From an uncultured Candidatus Saccharibacteria bacterium (lineage in GTDB: Bacteria; Patescibacteriota; Minisyncoccia; Phycocordibacterales; CAIJYI01), in the NCBI GenBank assembly GCA_964410165.1, contig CAYPFT010000004.1, positions 1-51,466 on the forward strand: DNA of 51,466 nt, given 5' to 3'. Shown piece after piece: positions 1 through 9,823 of the stretch. Made by a program: the position numbers and the translations under genes. Within the stretch, counting starts at the first letter, position 1; each line of letters starts with the position of its first letter. The notes beneath the pieces were generated by a model that was not told the DNA's origin, searched no databases, and saw nothing but the letters and a program-made list of their open reading frames with translations.

Positions 1-88
1 TTCTTGAGCGAAGCGATTAGAAAATGGAAGTACCCGTGTGGCAGACTCACCGACCGCATCTTTCATCGGTGCGTAAGTCCTAATAAAA
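1..88 (-). mobile_element. Partial copy of palindromic miniature element family (truncated by window start)
   Basis: 1-33 is the exact reverse complement of 26440-26472; 44-88 is the reverse complement of 51406-51450 (44/45). Confidence 0.8.
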
Positions 89-113
89 ACCCCCGTGAAC
101 GGGGGCATATTAT

Positions 114-479
114 TTACGGGCTTATTACCGTCATGGCTACAGCCAAAACCTCTTCCCAAGAGTTACCAGAGCGTCTATATGATGGGAAAAATCCCTCTTT
201 GAAAAATCCCTCTTTTTCGATTATAGTCGCAAAGTAACAGTTTTCGTCAAGATATTTAGCGCATTCGAATACCACTTGCGCACCTTTTTGTTTGCCTGCT
301 ACGAAATCCAGCAATTCGCCGAGTGAGGGGTGGTACACTCCATGAGAGACACCCAGCCCTTCTCCTGATGTGTTGGGGCAGGTCACGTACATTCCTTCAT
401 AGTCCGTGCCTTCGGGTTGGGGCAAACCAAGCGCACGAAGCTGGACGAGCATTTCGGTCGAAATCTTTTGTGTTTTCAT
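114..479 (-). CDS. Hypothetical protein
   Basis: ORF with GGGAG Shine-Dalgarno (SD) before MKTQK start at 479; hairpin CCCCCGTGAACGGGGG downstream. Confidence 0.65.
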   Translation of the reverse strand: MKTQKISTEMLVQLRALGLPQPEGTDYEGMYVTCPNTSGEGLGVSHGVYHPSLGELLDFVAGKQKGAQVVFECAKYLDENCYFATIIEKEGFFKEGFFPSYRRSGNSWEEVLAVAMTVISP

Positions 480-549
480 TGCATACTCCCGTTGTTTATC
501 ACTACTTGCATATGTACACCAGAATAGCGAGAAAGTCAATGTAGAGGAC

Positions 550-589
550 GCCGAACGCCGTGCCTCCTCCCCTCTTTAGAGGGTGAGGA
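550..589. repeat. REP-like short palindrome (second family)
   Basis: CGTGCCTCCTCCCCTCTTTAGAGGGTGAGGA nearly identical to 42620-42649. Confidence 0.65.
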
Positions 590-666
590 ACAGGGAGCCG
601 TTCCTTTTGCATAAAAACAGGTTTTGTGATTAAATGAAATCAGGTCACTACCTCATGGAGGTTTTT

Positions 667-1056
667 ATGGATATGTCTCACGCGGAGTTTAGTTTGTTTT
701 TTGTTAAAATGGCTCTGATACTCGGGGTTGCCTACGGGATTGGATGGATTGTCCGGTTCAAGTTTCCCGATGTTGATTTCATTGTCTTCAGGCGGTGCGC
801 GCTCGGTTTTATGATACTGAATGCCATTTTGGTTATCGTGGCGGAAAATGCCGGTATCTCTTTTTTCGGCGGCACGTATTGGTTTTTAGAGATTATAAAG
901 TTTTTGATCGGTTATTTTGCCGCTTGGGCTTCTCTTTGCGGTCTCGAAAGACGAGAACTTGGTTTTCACGAGCTTCTTATGCCGTCGTTTTATTGGACGG
1001 GAAATAAAAAGCAAAAGAAAAAGACCGGCGGGAAACCGCACGGAAGAGAGTTTTAA
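667..1056 (+). CDS. Hypothetical membrane protein (~3 TM)
   Basis: GGAGG SD before ATG 667; hydrophobic segments, basic C-tail. Confidence 0.7.
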   Translation: MDMSHAEFSLFFVKMALILGVAYGIGWIVRFKFPDVDFIVFRRCALGFMILNAILVIVAENAGISFFGGTYWFLEIIKFLIGYFAAWASLCGLERRELGFHELLMPSFYWTGNKKQKKKTGGKPHGREF

Positions 1057-1076
1057 GATATTCGGTCCGCTTTTCA

Positions 1077-1796
1077 CTAAGCGGGCAGAATTTTTAATGC
1101 GCGGAGGAATGTTTTCAGCTCTTCTCCTTTGATGGTGCGGAATTGTCTCGGCCCAAGCGAGCCGATGGCGATATTCATAACGCGCACGCGCTTGATGTCG
1201 CGGACGACGTAACCTTCCGCGGCGCACATCCGGCGTATTTGATGCTTTTTCCCCTCGGTGAGAATAATGGAAAATTTCCGTTCGCCGGCGCTTTCCGCGT
1301 ACGCGGGCTTGGTCTCGTACCCTTCAATGTTCACGCCCCGTTTGAGGTGTTTCAGGAACCTTTCCGTTATCGGCTTGTCCACCGCGACGACATATTCTTT
1401 TTCATGCTCTTTGTCCGGCGACAAAAGTTTTTCTGTAATGCGCCCGTCGTTCGTGAGAATGATGAGCCCCCTTGAATCTTTATCAAGACGCCCAACCGGG
1501 AACACACGCTCATCGATCTTTTCCCGGAGCGTATCTTCAATATCTTTCTCCCCATCCTCCGGGCTGTGAGTGATGATGCCATGCGGTTTATGGTATGCCA
1601 AGTACAGATATTTTCTCGGCGCCGCATGAGCAATTTTTACCGCATCGCCTTTTTGCACCATATCGCCCAAAACGGCAATACGTCCGTTTATGGATACTTT
1701 CCTCTCTTCAATAAGCGTATCCGCCCCGCGCCGGGTAGCTTCGCCCATGAGGGCAAGGTAGCGGTTGATGCGGACCGGATAGGGTATGTTTTCCAT
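1077..1796 (-). CDS. rRNA pseudouridine synthase, RsuA/RluB/RluF family
   Basis: N-terminal S4 domain, GRLDKDSRGL catalytic motif, EGKKHQIRRM. Confidence 0.93.
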   Translation of the reverse strand: MENIPYPVRINRYLALMGEATRRGADTLIEERKVSINGRIAVLGDMVQKGDAVKIAHAAPRKYLYLAYHKPHGIITHSPEDGEKDIEDTLREKIDERVFPVGRLDKDSRGLIILTNDGRITEKLLSPDKEHEKEYVVAVDKPITERFLKHLKRGVNIEGYETKPAYAESAGERKFSIILTEGKKHQIRRMCAAEGYVVRDIKRVRVMNIAIGSLGPRQFRTIKGEELKTFLRALKILPA

Positions 1797-1946
1797 TTCC
1801 TCACTCTACGTGAATTTCAGGTTTTTGAAAAGAAGTGGTATAATTCCCGCATGAACCGAAGCGTCGAGAAAAAGATCGTGTCGCTTTAATTTTCGCGCCG
1901 CGCACATATTTTCCACTTTTGCCGTTTTTTGTTATATACTGGAAAC

Positions 1947-3029
1947 ATGATCATCATTGATGCCGTAAAGATATTCGTACCGACCGCCATCGCCTTTTTT
2001 GTGGGCATCGCTCTTACTCCGTTTCTGACCAATTACTTATACGAGCGCAAAATGTGGAAAAAGAAACCGGGCAAAGTGGCGCTCGACGGGAAAGACACGC
2101 CTATACGCAACGCGCTCCATAAAGAGAGAGACGTGGGAACGCCGATGATGGGAGGCGTTATTATTTGGGGAAGCGTTCTTATCACCGTTGTCATTATCTG
2201 GCTTCTCGCTCATTTTTTCCCGAACGGTACGACCGAAAAACTCAATTTCCTCCATCGGAGCCAGACATGGCTTCCGCTTTTTACTCTTGTTGCCGGTTCC
2301 CTCATCGGGCTTTTGGACGACTTTTTTGAAATTATGGGAAATGGGGGACACATCGCCGGCGGGTTATCTCTCAAAAAGCGCCTTGCGGTCGTGTCCCTCA
2401 TTTCTCTCGTCGGCGCGTGGTGGTTTTTCACAAAGCTCGGCGTTTCGTCCGTTTCAATTCCTTTTGACGGTGTGGTGGACATCGGAATATGGTTCATCCC
2501 GTTCTTCGTTCTTGTCGTACTTGCCGTGTACGCGAGCGGGGTGATTGACGGCATTGACGGATTGGCCGGAGGGGTATTCGCGTCAATTTTTTCCGCGTAT
2601 GCCATGGTCGCGTTTTACCAGCAACAGATTGATCTTGCGGCGTTCTGCACGGTTATCGTCGGAGCGATACTTGCTTTTTTATGGTTCAACATTCCGCCCG
2701 CAAGGTTTTATATGTCTGAAACGGGTACGATGGGATTGACGATCACGCTTGCGGTCGTGGCGTTTCTCACTGATGCGCATGTCGGGGGGAAAGGCGTCGC
2801 GGTACTCCCGCTCATCGCATTTCCGCTTTTCGTAACCGTACTCTCCAATATCATACAAGTCGTTTCAAAAAGATTCCGGCATGGCAAGAAAGTCTTTCTC
2901 GTCGCTCCGATACATCATCACTTCGAAGCCCTCGGCTGGCCGGCGTATAAGGTAACGATGCGCTATTGGGTCATTTCCATTATCTTCGCCATTATAGGAG
3001 TGATTGTGGCGCTCTTTAGCGGAGGGTAA
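1947..3029 (+). CDS. mraY: Phospho-N-acetylmuramoyl-pentapeptide transferase
   Basis: TPMMGG, GLLDD, DGIDGL, APIHHHFE motifs; multi-TM; next to ftsW. Confidence 0.93.
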   Translation: MIIIDAVKIFVPTAIAFFVGIALTPFLTNYLYERKMWKKKPGKVALDGKDTPIRNALHKERDVGTPMMGGVIIWGSVLITVVIIWLLAHFFPNGTTEKLNFLHRSQTWLPLFTLVAGSLIGLLDDFFEIMGNGGHIAGGLSLKKRLAVVSLISLVGAWWFFTKLGVSSVSIPFDGVVDIGIWFIPFFVLVVLAVYASGVIDGIDGLAGGVFASIFSAYAMVAFYQQQIDLAAFCTVIVGAILAFLWFNIPPARFYMSETGTMGLTITLAVVAFLTDAHVGGKGVAVLPLIAFPLFVTVLSNIIQVVSKRFRHGKKVFLVAPIHHHFEALGWPAYKVTMRYWVISIIFAIIGVIVALFSGG

Positions 3030-3047
3030 AAACTCATTGATATTTCC

Positions 3048-4142
3048 ATGAAAGTAAAACCGTTGGATAAAATTTTTCTCTGGATTGTTCTCCTGCTTGC
3101 TTTTGGCGGATTTTTTTTGTTTACTTCGGCGTCGCTCGGACTTCTTGCCCGCGTCGGGGGCGCCGACTTCAGCAGCGTTTTTTTTAATCAAGCCGTTTTC
3201 GGGCTTTTCTTCGGGCTTATCGCGCTCGTTTGCTTGTCGCACCTTCACCATAAACATCTCCGGAAGTTCTCTTTTTATTTTTTTCTCGGCGCCATAGTTC
3301 TTTCACTGTTCGTATTTGTTCCCGGAATAGGAATGGAGCATGGGGGCGCGAAACGATGGATTAACCTCGGGTTCGTGTCGTTTCAGCCATCCGAATTCCT
3401 GAAGCTCGGGTTTGTGCTCTATTTTGCGACGTGGCTTTCCGCCGCGAAAGACCGTGTCCGCACCTTTCGATACGGAACCGGGCCGTTTCTCGCCATGATA
3501 GGGATTACGGCATTGCTTCTTTTTTTTGAACCTGATGCCGGAACATTCGGCATTCTCGCCATCGCGGGTTTCGGCATGTTTTTTATCGCTGGCGGAAGAA
3601 TGACGCATATTCTTTGGCTCGTCATCCTTTCAGTGCTTTCTTTCGGGGCACTGCTTTATTTTCAGCCTTATGCCAAGGAGCGCGTCCTCACTTTCCTTGA
3701 GCCGGAACGCGATCCGTACGGCGCCGGTTACCAGCTGAATCAATCCTTGATTGCTGTGGGGTCCGGCGGCGCGTTCGGACGCGGTTTCGGGCAAAGCATT
3801 CAAAAATTCAACTTTCTTCCGGAACCGACCAACGATGCCGTTTACGCGGTTGTTTCCGAAGAATTCGGCTTCGTCGGAAGCACGGGGATTATTCTCATGT
3901 TTTTGTTTTTTGCGATGCGCGGCTTTCATATTGCGGCAAGAGCGCCGGATGCATGGAGCCGCTTCGTTGTGTTCGGCATCGTTTTTTTGATTATTTCTCA
4001 ATCATTCATCAATATCGCTTCCATGCTGGGAATTTTTCCGCTTACCGGGGTCCCGCTTCTTTTTATCAGCCACGGAGGTACGGCGCTTTTCTTCGTCCTT
4101 GCCGAAGCGGGAATAATTCTGAATATCTCGCGGTCGCGGTAG
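3048..4142 (+). CDS. ftsW: SEDS peptidoglycan glycosyltransferase FtsW
   Basis: GAKRWI, FQPSEFLK, GYQ, LPEPTND, EEFG, TGVPL motifs. Confidence 0.9.
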   Translation: MKVKPLDKIFLWIVLLLAFGGFFLFTSASLGLLARVGGADFSSVFFNQAVFGLFFGLIALVCLSHLHHKHLRKFSFYFFLGAIVLSLFVFVPGIGMEHGGAKRWINLGFVSFQPSEFLKLGFVLYFATWLSAAKDRVRTFRYGTGPFLAMIGITALLLFFEPDAGTFGILAIAGFGMFFIAGGRMTHILWLVILSVLSFGALLYFQPYAKERVLTFLEPERDPYGAGYQLNQSLIAVGSGGAFGRGFGQSIQKFNFLPEPTNDAVYAVVSEEFGFVGSTGIILMFLFFAMRGFHIAARAPDAWSRFVVFGIVFLIISQSFINIASMLGIFPLTGVPLLFISHGGTALFFVLAEAGIILNISRSR

Positions 4143-4155
4143 AGGAGCGACTGAT

Positions 4156-4554
4156 TTATTTCACGCACGCCCCATTGATGCATTGTTTCATGCAAGAAAT
4201 GGTTTTCTTTTCAGGGACGGCTGCGAGGCTCCAGAAAGAAACTTTTCGGCACGTCATTTCATAGACGGCTTTTTCCGTCGGGGCGCAGAAATCTTCGTCC
4301 ACATGCTTGCCGTTTTCATCCGTATAGGTAACCGCTCCTTTGATGCGCGCGTTTGAGCCGTCAGAGTCGCGGCAGGTAAATTTGACCGGCGTTTTTTCCG
4401 CTGTTTTCGGCGAAGCGCCGTCATTGGTGAAAAATAAGATAATCCCGCCAAGCAGTAAAACGATAATGGCTCCGCCGATAATGCCAAGCCTTCGTCTTTC
4501 ATGCACGTGTAATCCGGCGAGGAAATGTTTGATGCGGCGAGAAAGAGTACTCAT
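4156..4554 (-). CDS. Single-TM protein with Cys-rich CxDSDG...GAC extracellular module
   Basis: TM helix then CRDSDG..KG..DFC..EMTC..CMKQCINGAC. Confidence 0.75.
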   Translation of the reverse strand: MSTLSRRIKHFLAGLHVHERRRLGIIGGAIIVLLLGGIILFFTNDGASPKTAEKTPVKFTCRDSDGSNARIKGAVTYTDENGKHVDEDFCAPTEKAVYEMTCRKVSFWSLAAVPEKKTISCMKQCINGACVK

Positions 4555-4721
4555 GAAGTTAAGTGTATCCTTTCCTTTTTCGGATGTAAATATCAACCCC
4601 GCTTTTTTTAGTTTTTGTGGATAACCTCTTTAAGGTTTGTTTGAATATGCGGTATCATAAACATAAGGGTCTGCCCGAAATTATTACGAACAGATTCTCC
4701 GTAAACGGTACGGTTTTCGGT

Positions 4722-6266
4722 ATGCTTCGCATAAAAACAATACAAAAAGAAAACAAGGCGCGTGCCGGGTACGCGGTGGTTGTTCCTTTGCGATCCAAAG
4801 AAGATACGGAAACGAAAAAAAGTTTTTTGGGAGGTCATTTCGGCATCTTTTCTCGCTCCGCGTCCGTCTTACTCATCGGACTATTCTTCTTCAGTCCCGT
4901 TCTTGATGCGTACGCCGATGAAATCCCCTCGGTTGTAGAGAGTGATGGCGCCGCCGAGCAAACGGCGGGAGAACAAACGGTTTCTCCGGACGAAGCGCCG
5001 AAAGCCGCGCAAAGTGAGCCAGCAGAAAAGGACGAACAAGAAACGCCAATCCTTACCGAGGCCGCACTATCGGCCGAAGATACAGAAGATCCCCCTTCGG
5101 GTATTTCGGTTTCTGGCGAGACCGCTTCAACTGAAACGCCAGATGGAAGCACACCGATACTTGAAGCCGTAACCGAAATGATTATTCCGGCGGAAACGGC
5201 GACCGCTACCGAGCCCGTTATTGAAACCGAAACAATCCCAGTCGAAGCTGCGGAGAACGTCGTTCCCGCTGACGAAAAAGAAGATGCCGCCGAAGAGTCA
5301 GAGACGGCGGAAATCTCAGAAATTCCGCCGGAAACCCCCGCGATGGAAATCGTGCGAGAAGATGCGGGAGAAGCGATCGCCAAGCAGGAAGAAACGCATC
5401 TACCGAATTCAGTGGCGAATATCATTGAAGAGAAATATCTTTTCAGAGAGAATGAATGCACGCGCCTTGATGACGGGGGATTTTATTGCGCGCCGAGGAA
5501 TGAAGCGAGTACAACCGCCGCATCAAGCGCTTCGCTGTCGCGAGTCTTCGTTGAGAATGACGGCGATAAAGAGATATTTTTTGAAGATGAACGGGGGAAA
5601 AGGCGGATTACCGACAATGATTTTGACGACGATGCGCCATCCTACGATAAACAGAGCGGTTTCATCGCGTGGCACTCGCTCGTGAAAGGCCGCTTTCAAA
5701 TAATGCTTTATGATTTTTATTCAAGCACTACGAAACAGCTTACCGACGCGCCCTCCAACAGCACCGATCCGAAAGTGCGCGGCAAAAGCGTTGTATGGCA
5801 AGGGTGGGGAGAAAACAACTGGGAGATTTTTTACATACAAGACGTTACCGCACCACAGCGCGTCATAGAGCAGATTACCGCGAACGAAAACCCGGACATG
5901 TTTCCGATTATTTCCGACAATTTCATCACGTGGCAATCGTTTTTCGGCGACTCGTGGCATGTTTCGGTGTATAATATCGCAAGCGGAGAAACATCGCGGA
6001 TAAACAGACCTGAAGGAGGGAGGTATGAGAATCCGCGGTTCGCGCTTCTTTTCGAGAAGCAAAATGAGGACGGCGGGGTGGAAACAGTCGGCTATGATGT
6101 TTTGACCGGAAAAGAAATACCGATCCGCGCGCCGCACAGCATCCCTTCCGACTCACTGCCGGAACAAAAAGAAAAAGACCAAGCGGTTCCCGTCCCAGCG
6201 GGACAAAGCGGTGCAAGCACGACGCCGATGAAGAATCCCGGGAAGGATGATGAAGGAGAGGGGTAA
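4722..6266 (+). CDS. Exported protein with long acidic low-complexity stalk and TolB-like propeller repeats
   Basis: Hydrophobic segment ending AYA; E/A/T/P-rich region; repeated QLT/QIT..P..VVWQ..WEIF units; start uncertain. Confidence 0.7.
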   Translation: MLRIKTIQKENKARAGYAVVVPLRSKEDTETKKSFLGGHFGIFSRSASVLLIGLFFFSPVLDAYADEIPSVVESDGAAEQTAGEQTVSPDEAPKAAQSEPAEKDEQETPILTEAALSAEDTEDPPSGISVSGETASTETPDGSTPILEAVTEMIIPAETATATEPVIETETIPVEAAENVVPADEKEDAAEESETAEISEIPPETPAMEIVREDAGEAIAKQEETHLPNSVANIIEEKYLFRENECTRLDDGGFYCAPRNEASTTAASSASLSRVFVENDGDKEIFFEDERGKRRITDNDFDDDAPSYDKQSGFIAWHSLVKGRFQIMLYDFYSSTTKQLTDAPSNSTDPKVRGKSVVWQGWGENNWEIFYIQDVTAPQRVIEQITANENPDMFPIISDNFITWQSFFGDSWHVSVYNIASGETSRINRPEGGRYENPRFALLFEKQNEDGGVETVGYDVLTGKEIPIRAPHSIPSDSLPEQKEKDQAVPVPAGQSGASTTPMKNPGKDDEGEG

Positions 6267-6280
6267 GCGATAAGGCATTT

Positions 6281-7429
6281 ATGAAACAAACATATTTTAT
6301 GTACACTATCATTTTCATCATTCTCGCTCTCGGGGTTTATTTTTTCGTTTTTCGGAAAGACAGGACAGTGCACCAGGAACCGGCGGGGAGCATTCCGGCG
6401 GGTTCTTCCGTTGCGTATTTCGCGGGCGGATGCTTTTGGTGTACGGAATCGGATTTTGAAAAGATTCCCGGCGTTACGTCAGTTATTTCCGGATACATGG
6501 GCGGAAACGAGCCGAATCCGACTTACGAACAGGTATCCGCGCACGTAACGGGACATCGCGAGTCTATCAAAGTGTATTATGATCCCGAATCCGTTTCCTA
6601 TCGGACACTCGTGGAGTATTTCTTCAAACATCATGACCCAACCGATGCGGGGGGTTCGTTCCACGACCGGGGGCATTCATACACGTCCGCGATTTATTAC
6701 TCCACGCCGGAAGAGAAGACCATTGCCGAGAATGCGGTAAAAGACCTGGACGCGCGGCATATTTTTCCGAAACCTATCGTAACAAGCATCGAGCCGGCAC
6801 AGACGTTTTGGAATGCCGAAGAATATCATCAGGATTATTACAAGAAAAATCCCCTGCGGTATGAGTATTACCGAAAAGGCTCGGGGCGGGATGCGTATAT
6901 TGAGAGTATTTGGGGAAAGGCGACAGACGGGTATCAGGGGACAGTGGCAGTATCGGGGACGACGACGGTTGCCGCCAAGTGGCGCATATTTGTGAAGCCG
7001 AGCGCTGCGGAATTACAAAAAATGCTCACGCCTCTCCAGTATAAAGTTACTCAAAAAGAGGGGACGGAACCGGCGTTCCGAAATGAATATCACGATAATA
7101 AAAAAGAGGGGATTTATGTTGATGTTGTCTCAGGCGAGCCGCTCTTCTCCTCCGTGCAAAAGTATGATTCCGGCACCGGCTGGCCGAGTTTCTGGGACAC
7201 CATAGCGCCGGAAAATATCGTGAAGCAAGAGGATTTTCTCCTCATTCTTCCGCGAACGGAGATTCGTTCAAAACACGCCGGCTCGCATCTGGGGCATGTT
7301 TTCAACGATGGTCCCGCGCCGACCGGTCTGCGCTACTGCATGAATTCCGCCGCGCTTCGTTTCATACCGAAAGAGAATATGGAAGCGGATGGGTATGGAG
7401 AGTACCTCAATCTTTTTCTGAAACCGTAA
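6281..7429 (+). CDS. msrAB: Peptide methionine sulfoxide reductase MsrA/MsrB fusion with N-terminal anchor
   Basis: [14 protein letters not shown]; [20 protein letters not shown]. Confidence 0.96.
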   Translation: MKQTYFMYTIIFIILALGVYFFVFRKDRTVHQEPAGSIPAGSSVAYFAGGCFWCTESDFEKIPGVTSVISGYMGGNEPNPTYEQVSAHVTGHRESIKVYYDPESVSYRTLVEYFFKHHDPTDAGGSFHDRGHSYTSAIYYSTPEEKTIAENAVKDLDARHIFPKPIVTSIEPAQTFWNAEEYHQDYYKKNPLRYEYYRKGSGRDAYIESIWGKATDGYQGTVAVSGTTTVAAKWRIFVKPSAAELQKMLTPLQYKVTQKEGTEPAFRNEYHDNKKEGIYVDVVSGEPLFSSVQKYDSGTGWPSFWDTIAPENIVKQEDFLLILPRTEIRSKHAGSHLGHVFNDGPAPTGLRYCMNSAALRFIPKENMEADGYGEYLNLFLKP

Positions 7430-7563
7430 CAGGACTTATGCGCTTGGCGGTATACTTGCCAAAATCTGCGATACTCGCTCACCGTATTTATATACGCCTC
7501 GCTCCGTTTCTCTCCGCCAGCTGGCGGATTGGCGGCGTATCTCATCCAAGCGCATAAGTCCTA
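7430..7563. mobile_element. Miniature inverted-repeat element
   Basis: Perfect 17-bp TIR AGGACTTATGCGCTTGG (7431-7447/7546-7562); CGTAA direct repeat at 7425-7429 and 7564-7568; internal TCCGCCAGCTGGCGGA palindrome. Confidence 0.8.
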
Positions 7564-7664
7564 CGTAAAATAGTTTATCGCTTATCCACTTTGTTGTTTG
7601 CGTTCATTTGGTATAATGAAAGTATACTGAAGTAAAATTTTTCTCAATTCTTCATAAAAACACC

Positions 7665-8180
7665 ATGAATTCTTTTTTGCGAAAATTAAAACGAGAGGGA
7701 ATCGTCAAGCAGGAAGAAACGCATCTGCCGAATCCGTCCGTGGCGAAGCCCGGATCCGCCACCATTCTTTCCGGCGTTACCCAGCTTCCCGTTGATGTTT
7801 TCCAGTCGGATCGCCACATTATCGTTTACGCCCAAGTTCCGGGACTCAATCTTGACAAGCTTGATATTTCCATTGAAGGAGACAATGACGTCATCACCAT
7901 TCAGGGCGAGTATAAAAGACCGGAAGAGATAGTTTCCGAACATCAAGGAGAAGGCGGAGAATTTTCGCTCGAGGAATGCGGCTGGGGGCAGTATTTTCGG
8001 CAGATTATTTTGCCGCAAGAGATAGATTCTACCGTCGCCGACGCAAAGGTGAAAGACGGGGTGCTGGTTTTAGTGCTTCCTCTTAAAAACTCCATATCAA
8101 AAAAAGTAAAAATGCGCGTAACGAAGATAGGAGATGAACAGAAAGAAGAGCCTCGGCATGCGGAGGAAGTGCATGCGTAA
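7665..8180 (+). CDS. Hsp20/alpha-crystallin small heat shock protein
   Basis: PVDVFQ..AQVPG..ITIQGE..WGQYFRQIILP..DGVLVLVLP. Confidence 0.9.
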   Translation: MNSFLRKLKREGIVKQEETHLPNPSVAKPGSATILSGVTQLPVDVFQSDRHIIVYAQVPGLNLDKLDISIEGDNDVITIQGEYKRPEEIVSEHQGEGGEFSLEECGWGQYFRQIILPQEIDSTVADAKVKDGVLVLVLPLKNSISKKVKMRVTKIGDEQKEEPRHAEEVHA

Positions 8181-8240
8181 AACTTTCCTCTTCATCCCGT
8201 TTTATGTTGTATACAGTAAATTAAAAATTGAAAATGAAAA

Positions 8241-9737
8241 ATGAAAAGCGACAATGTAAAAGTAAAAGTTGCCGGAACTTTTAGATTTTTTCTTGCCGTT
8301 TTTATCTTCTCGGCTTTCTTTTTTAATTTCCCTTCTCTTTCTTTCGCCGCCATCCTCTCAATTACTCCGGCGACAGGCGCTTATGAGCAAGGGAAAACCA
8401 TTGTCGCTTCCGTCCTCGTTGAGAGCGCCGACACGGATGTGAACGTCGCGGAGTCGGAGATTGTTTTTGACAAGGCCGTCCTTTCGGTACAGAGCGTTTC
8501 CAAAGACGGTTCCGCTTTTAGTTTGTGGACGGTTGAGCCGAAATTCTCGAATGCGGACGGAACGGTGTCTTTCGGCGGCGGGTCGCCCTCGCCGTTTACC
8601 GGCAAAAAAACCATTCTCTCCATTACGTTCAAGGCGCTGAAGGAAGGAGAAGGGACCATCGCTTTTTCCAAAGACAAATCAAGCGTTCTCGCGGCCGATG
8701 GGGAAGGAACGGACGCGCTCGCCGACACCAAAGGAGCGACCTATACAATCGGAAAGGCGGAAGCAAAGACGGCTTTGCCCGCCCAAGAAATCTCCGCAAA
8801 AGAACTGCCGGGTATCCCGACGGTGAATTCCGCGACGCATCTGGATCCGGAAAAATGGTACAAGGAAAACACCGTTACGTTTGCGTGGGACGTGCCGGCG
8901 ACGGTTGATTCCATCAAAACTCTCTTTGACGAGAGTCCTCGTTCCGCTCCGACCGTATCGCATAATCCGCCGACCATAGACGAGGAATTCAAAGATGTTT
9001 CTGACGGCGTGCATTACTTTCATATTGTGTTTCGTAATTCTGCCGGATCAGGGACGGCGGCGCACCGCAAGGTGATGGTGGACAAAACGCCGCCCGAAAA
9101 ATTCTCGGTCGTACAAAAAGAAGATTCGTCCGGAAGTGGCGAAGTCGTCATTCTTTTTAACGCGACCGACACGGCGTCCGGCATAGACCGATATGAAGTT
9201 GCCGTTGACGGAGGGAAGGCTGTTCCGGTGGCGCTCGGAGATGTTACCGCCGCCGGATACGCGCTCCCGCTGCAAAACCCTGGCGAACACAGTGCCAAGG
9301 TGCTGGCATACGACAGAGCCGGAAACATTGCCGCAGGGGAATTGAAGTTCAGCGTTGCGGGAGAGATTCCCGCTCCGGTAAAAAAAGCGGATGAAGAAGT
9401 TCCCGTTAAATCGGGGGTCGGGGCGATGTATTGGATCGTACTCCTGTGTTTGGTGGCAGTCGCCGTGTTTTTCGGAGCGCGCATGTTTTCCGAGAGAAGG
9501 CGGTATATAAGCGAGAGGGAATTACTCAAACACGAAACGGACGAAGCGGGGGAGAAACTCGGCAAAGTATTCGGCGTGTTGCGCGATGAGATTGAAGAAC
9601 AAGTGCACACGCTTTCCAATAAACCGAATTTAAGCGACACCGAGCGGGAAATTTTGGAAAAAATCAAAGACGCCCTTGATATATCGGAAGAAATTCTTGA
9701 TAAAGAGGTGGAAGATATACGGAAATTGTTGCGATAG
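8241..9737 (+). CDS. Surface protein: cohesin-like domain, Ig-like domains, C-terminal TM and cytoplasmic coiled coil
   Basis: Signal peptide; SITFKA...VLAADG cohesin-like pattern; VDKTPP, AYDRAGN Ig motifs. Confidence 0.75.
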   Translation: MKSDNVKVKVAGTFRFFLAVFIFSAFFFNFPSLSFAAILSITPATGAYEQGKTIVASVLVESADTDVNVAESEIVFDKAVLSVQSVSKDGSAFSLWTVEPKFSNADGTVSFGGGSPSPFTGKKTILSITFKALKEGEGTIAFSKDKSSVLAADGEGTDALADTKGATYTIGKAEAKTALPAQEISAKELPGIPTVNSATHLDPEKWYKENTVTFAWDVPATVDSIKTLFDESPRSAPTVSHNPPTIDEEFKDVSDGVHYFHIVFRNSAGSGTAAHRKVMVDKTPPEKFSVVQKEDSSGSGEVVILFNATDTASGIDRYEVAVDGGKAVPVALGDVTAAGYALPLQNPGEHSAKVLAYDRAGNIAAGELKFSVAGEIPAPVKKADEEVPVKSGVGAMYWIVLLCLVAVAVFFGARMFSERRRYISERELLKHETDEAGEKLGKVFGVLRDEIEEQVHTLSNKPNLSDTEREILEKIKDALDISEEILDKEVEDIRKLLR

Positions 9738-9823
9738 TTCGTATCCGCAAAAAACATCACACCACGAAAGACGCGCTTCGTACACTTTCCCTCCAGTACC
9801 CCCCATGCTACGATAGCGCCACC

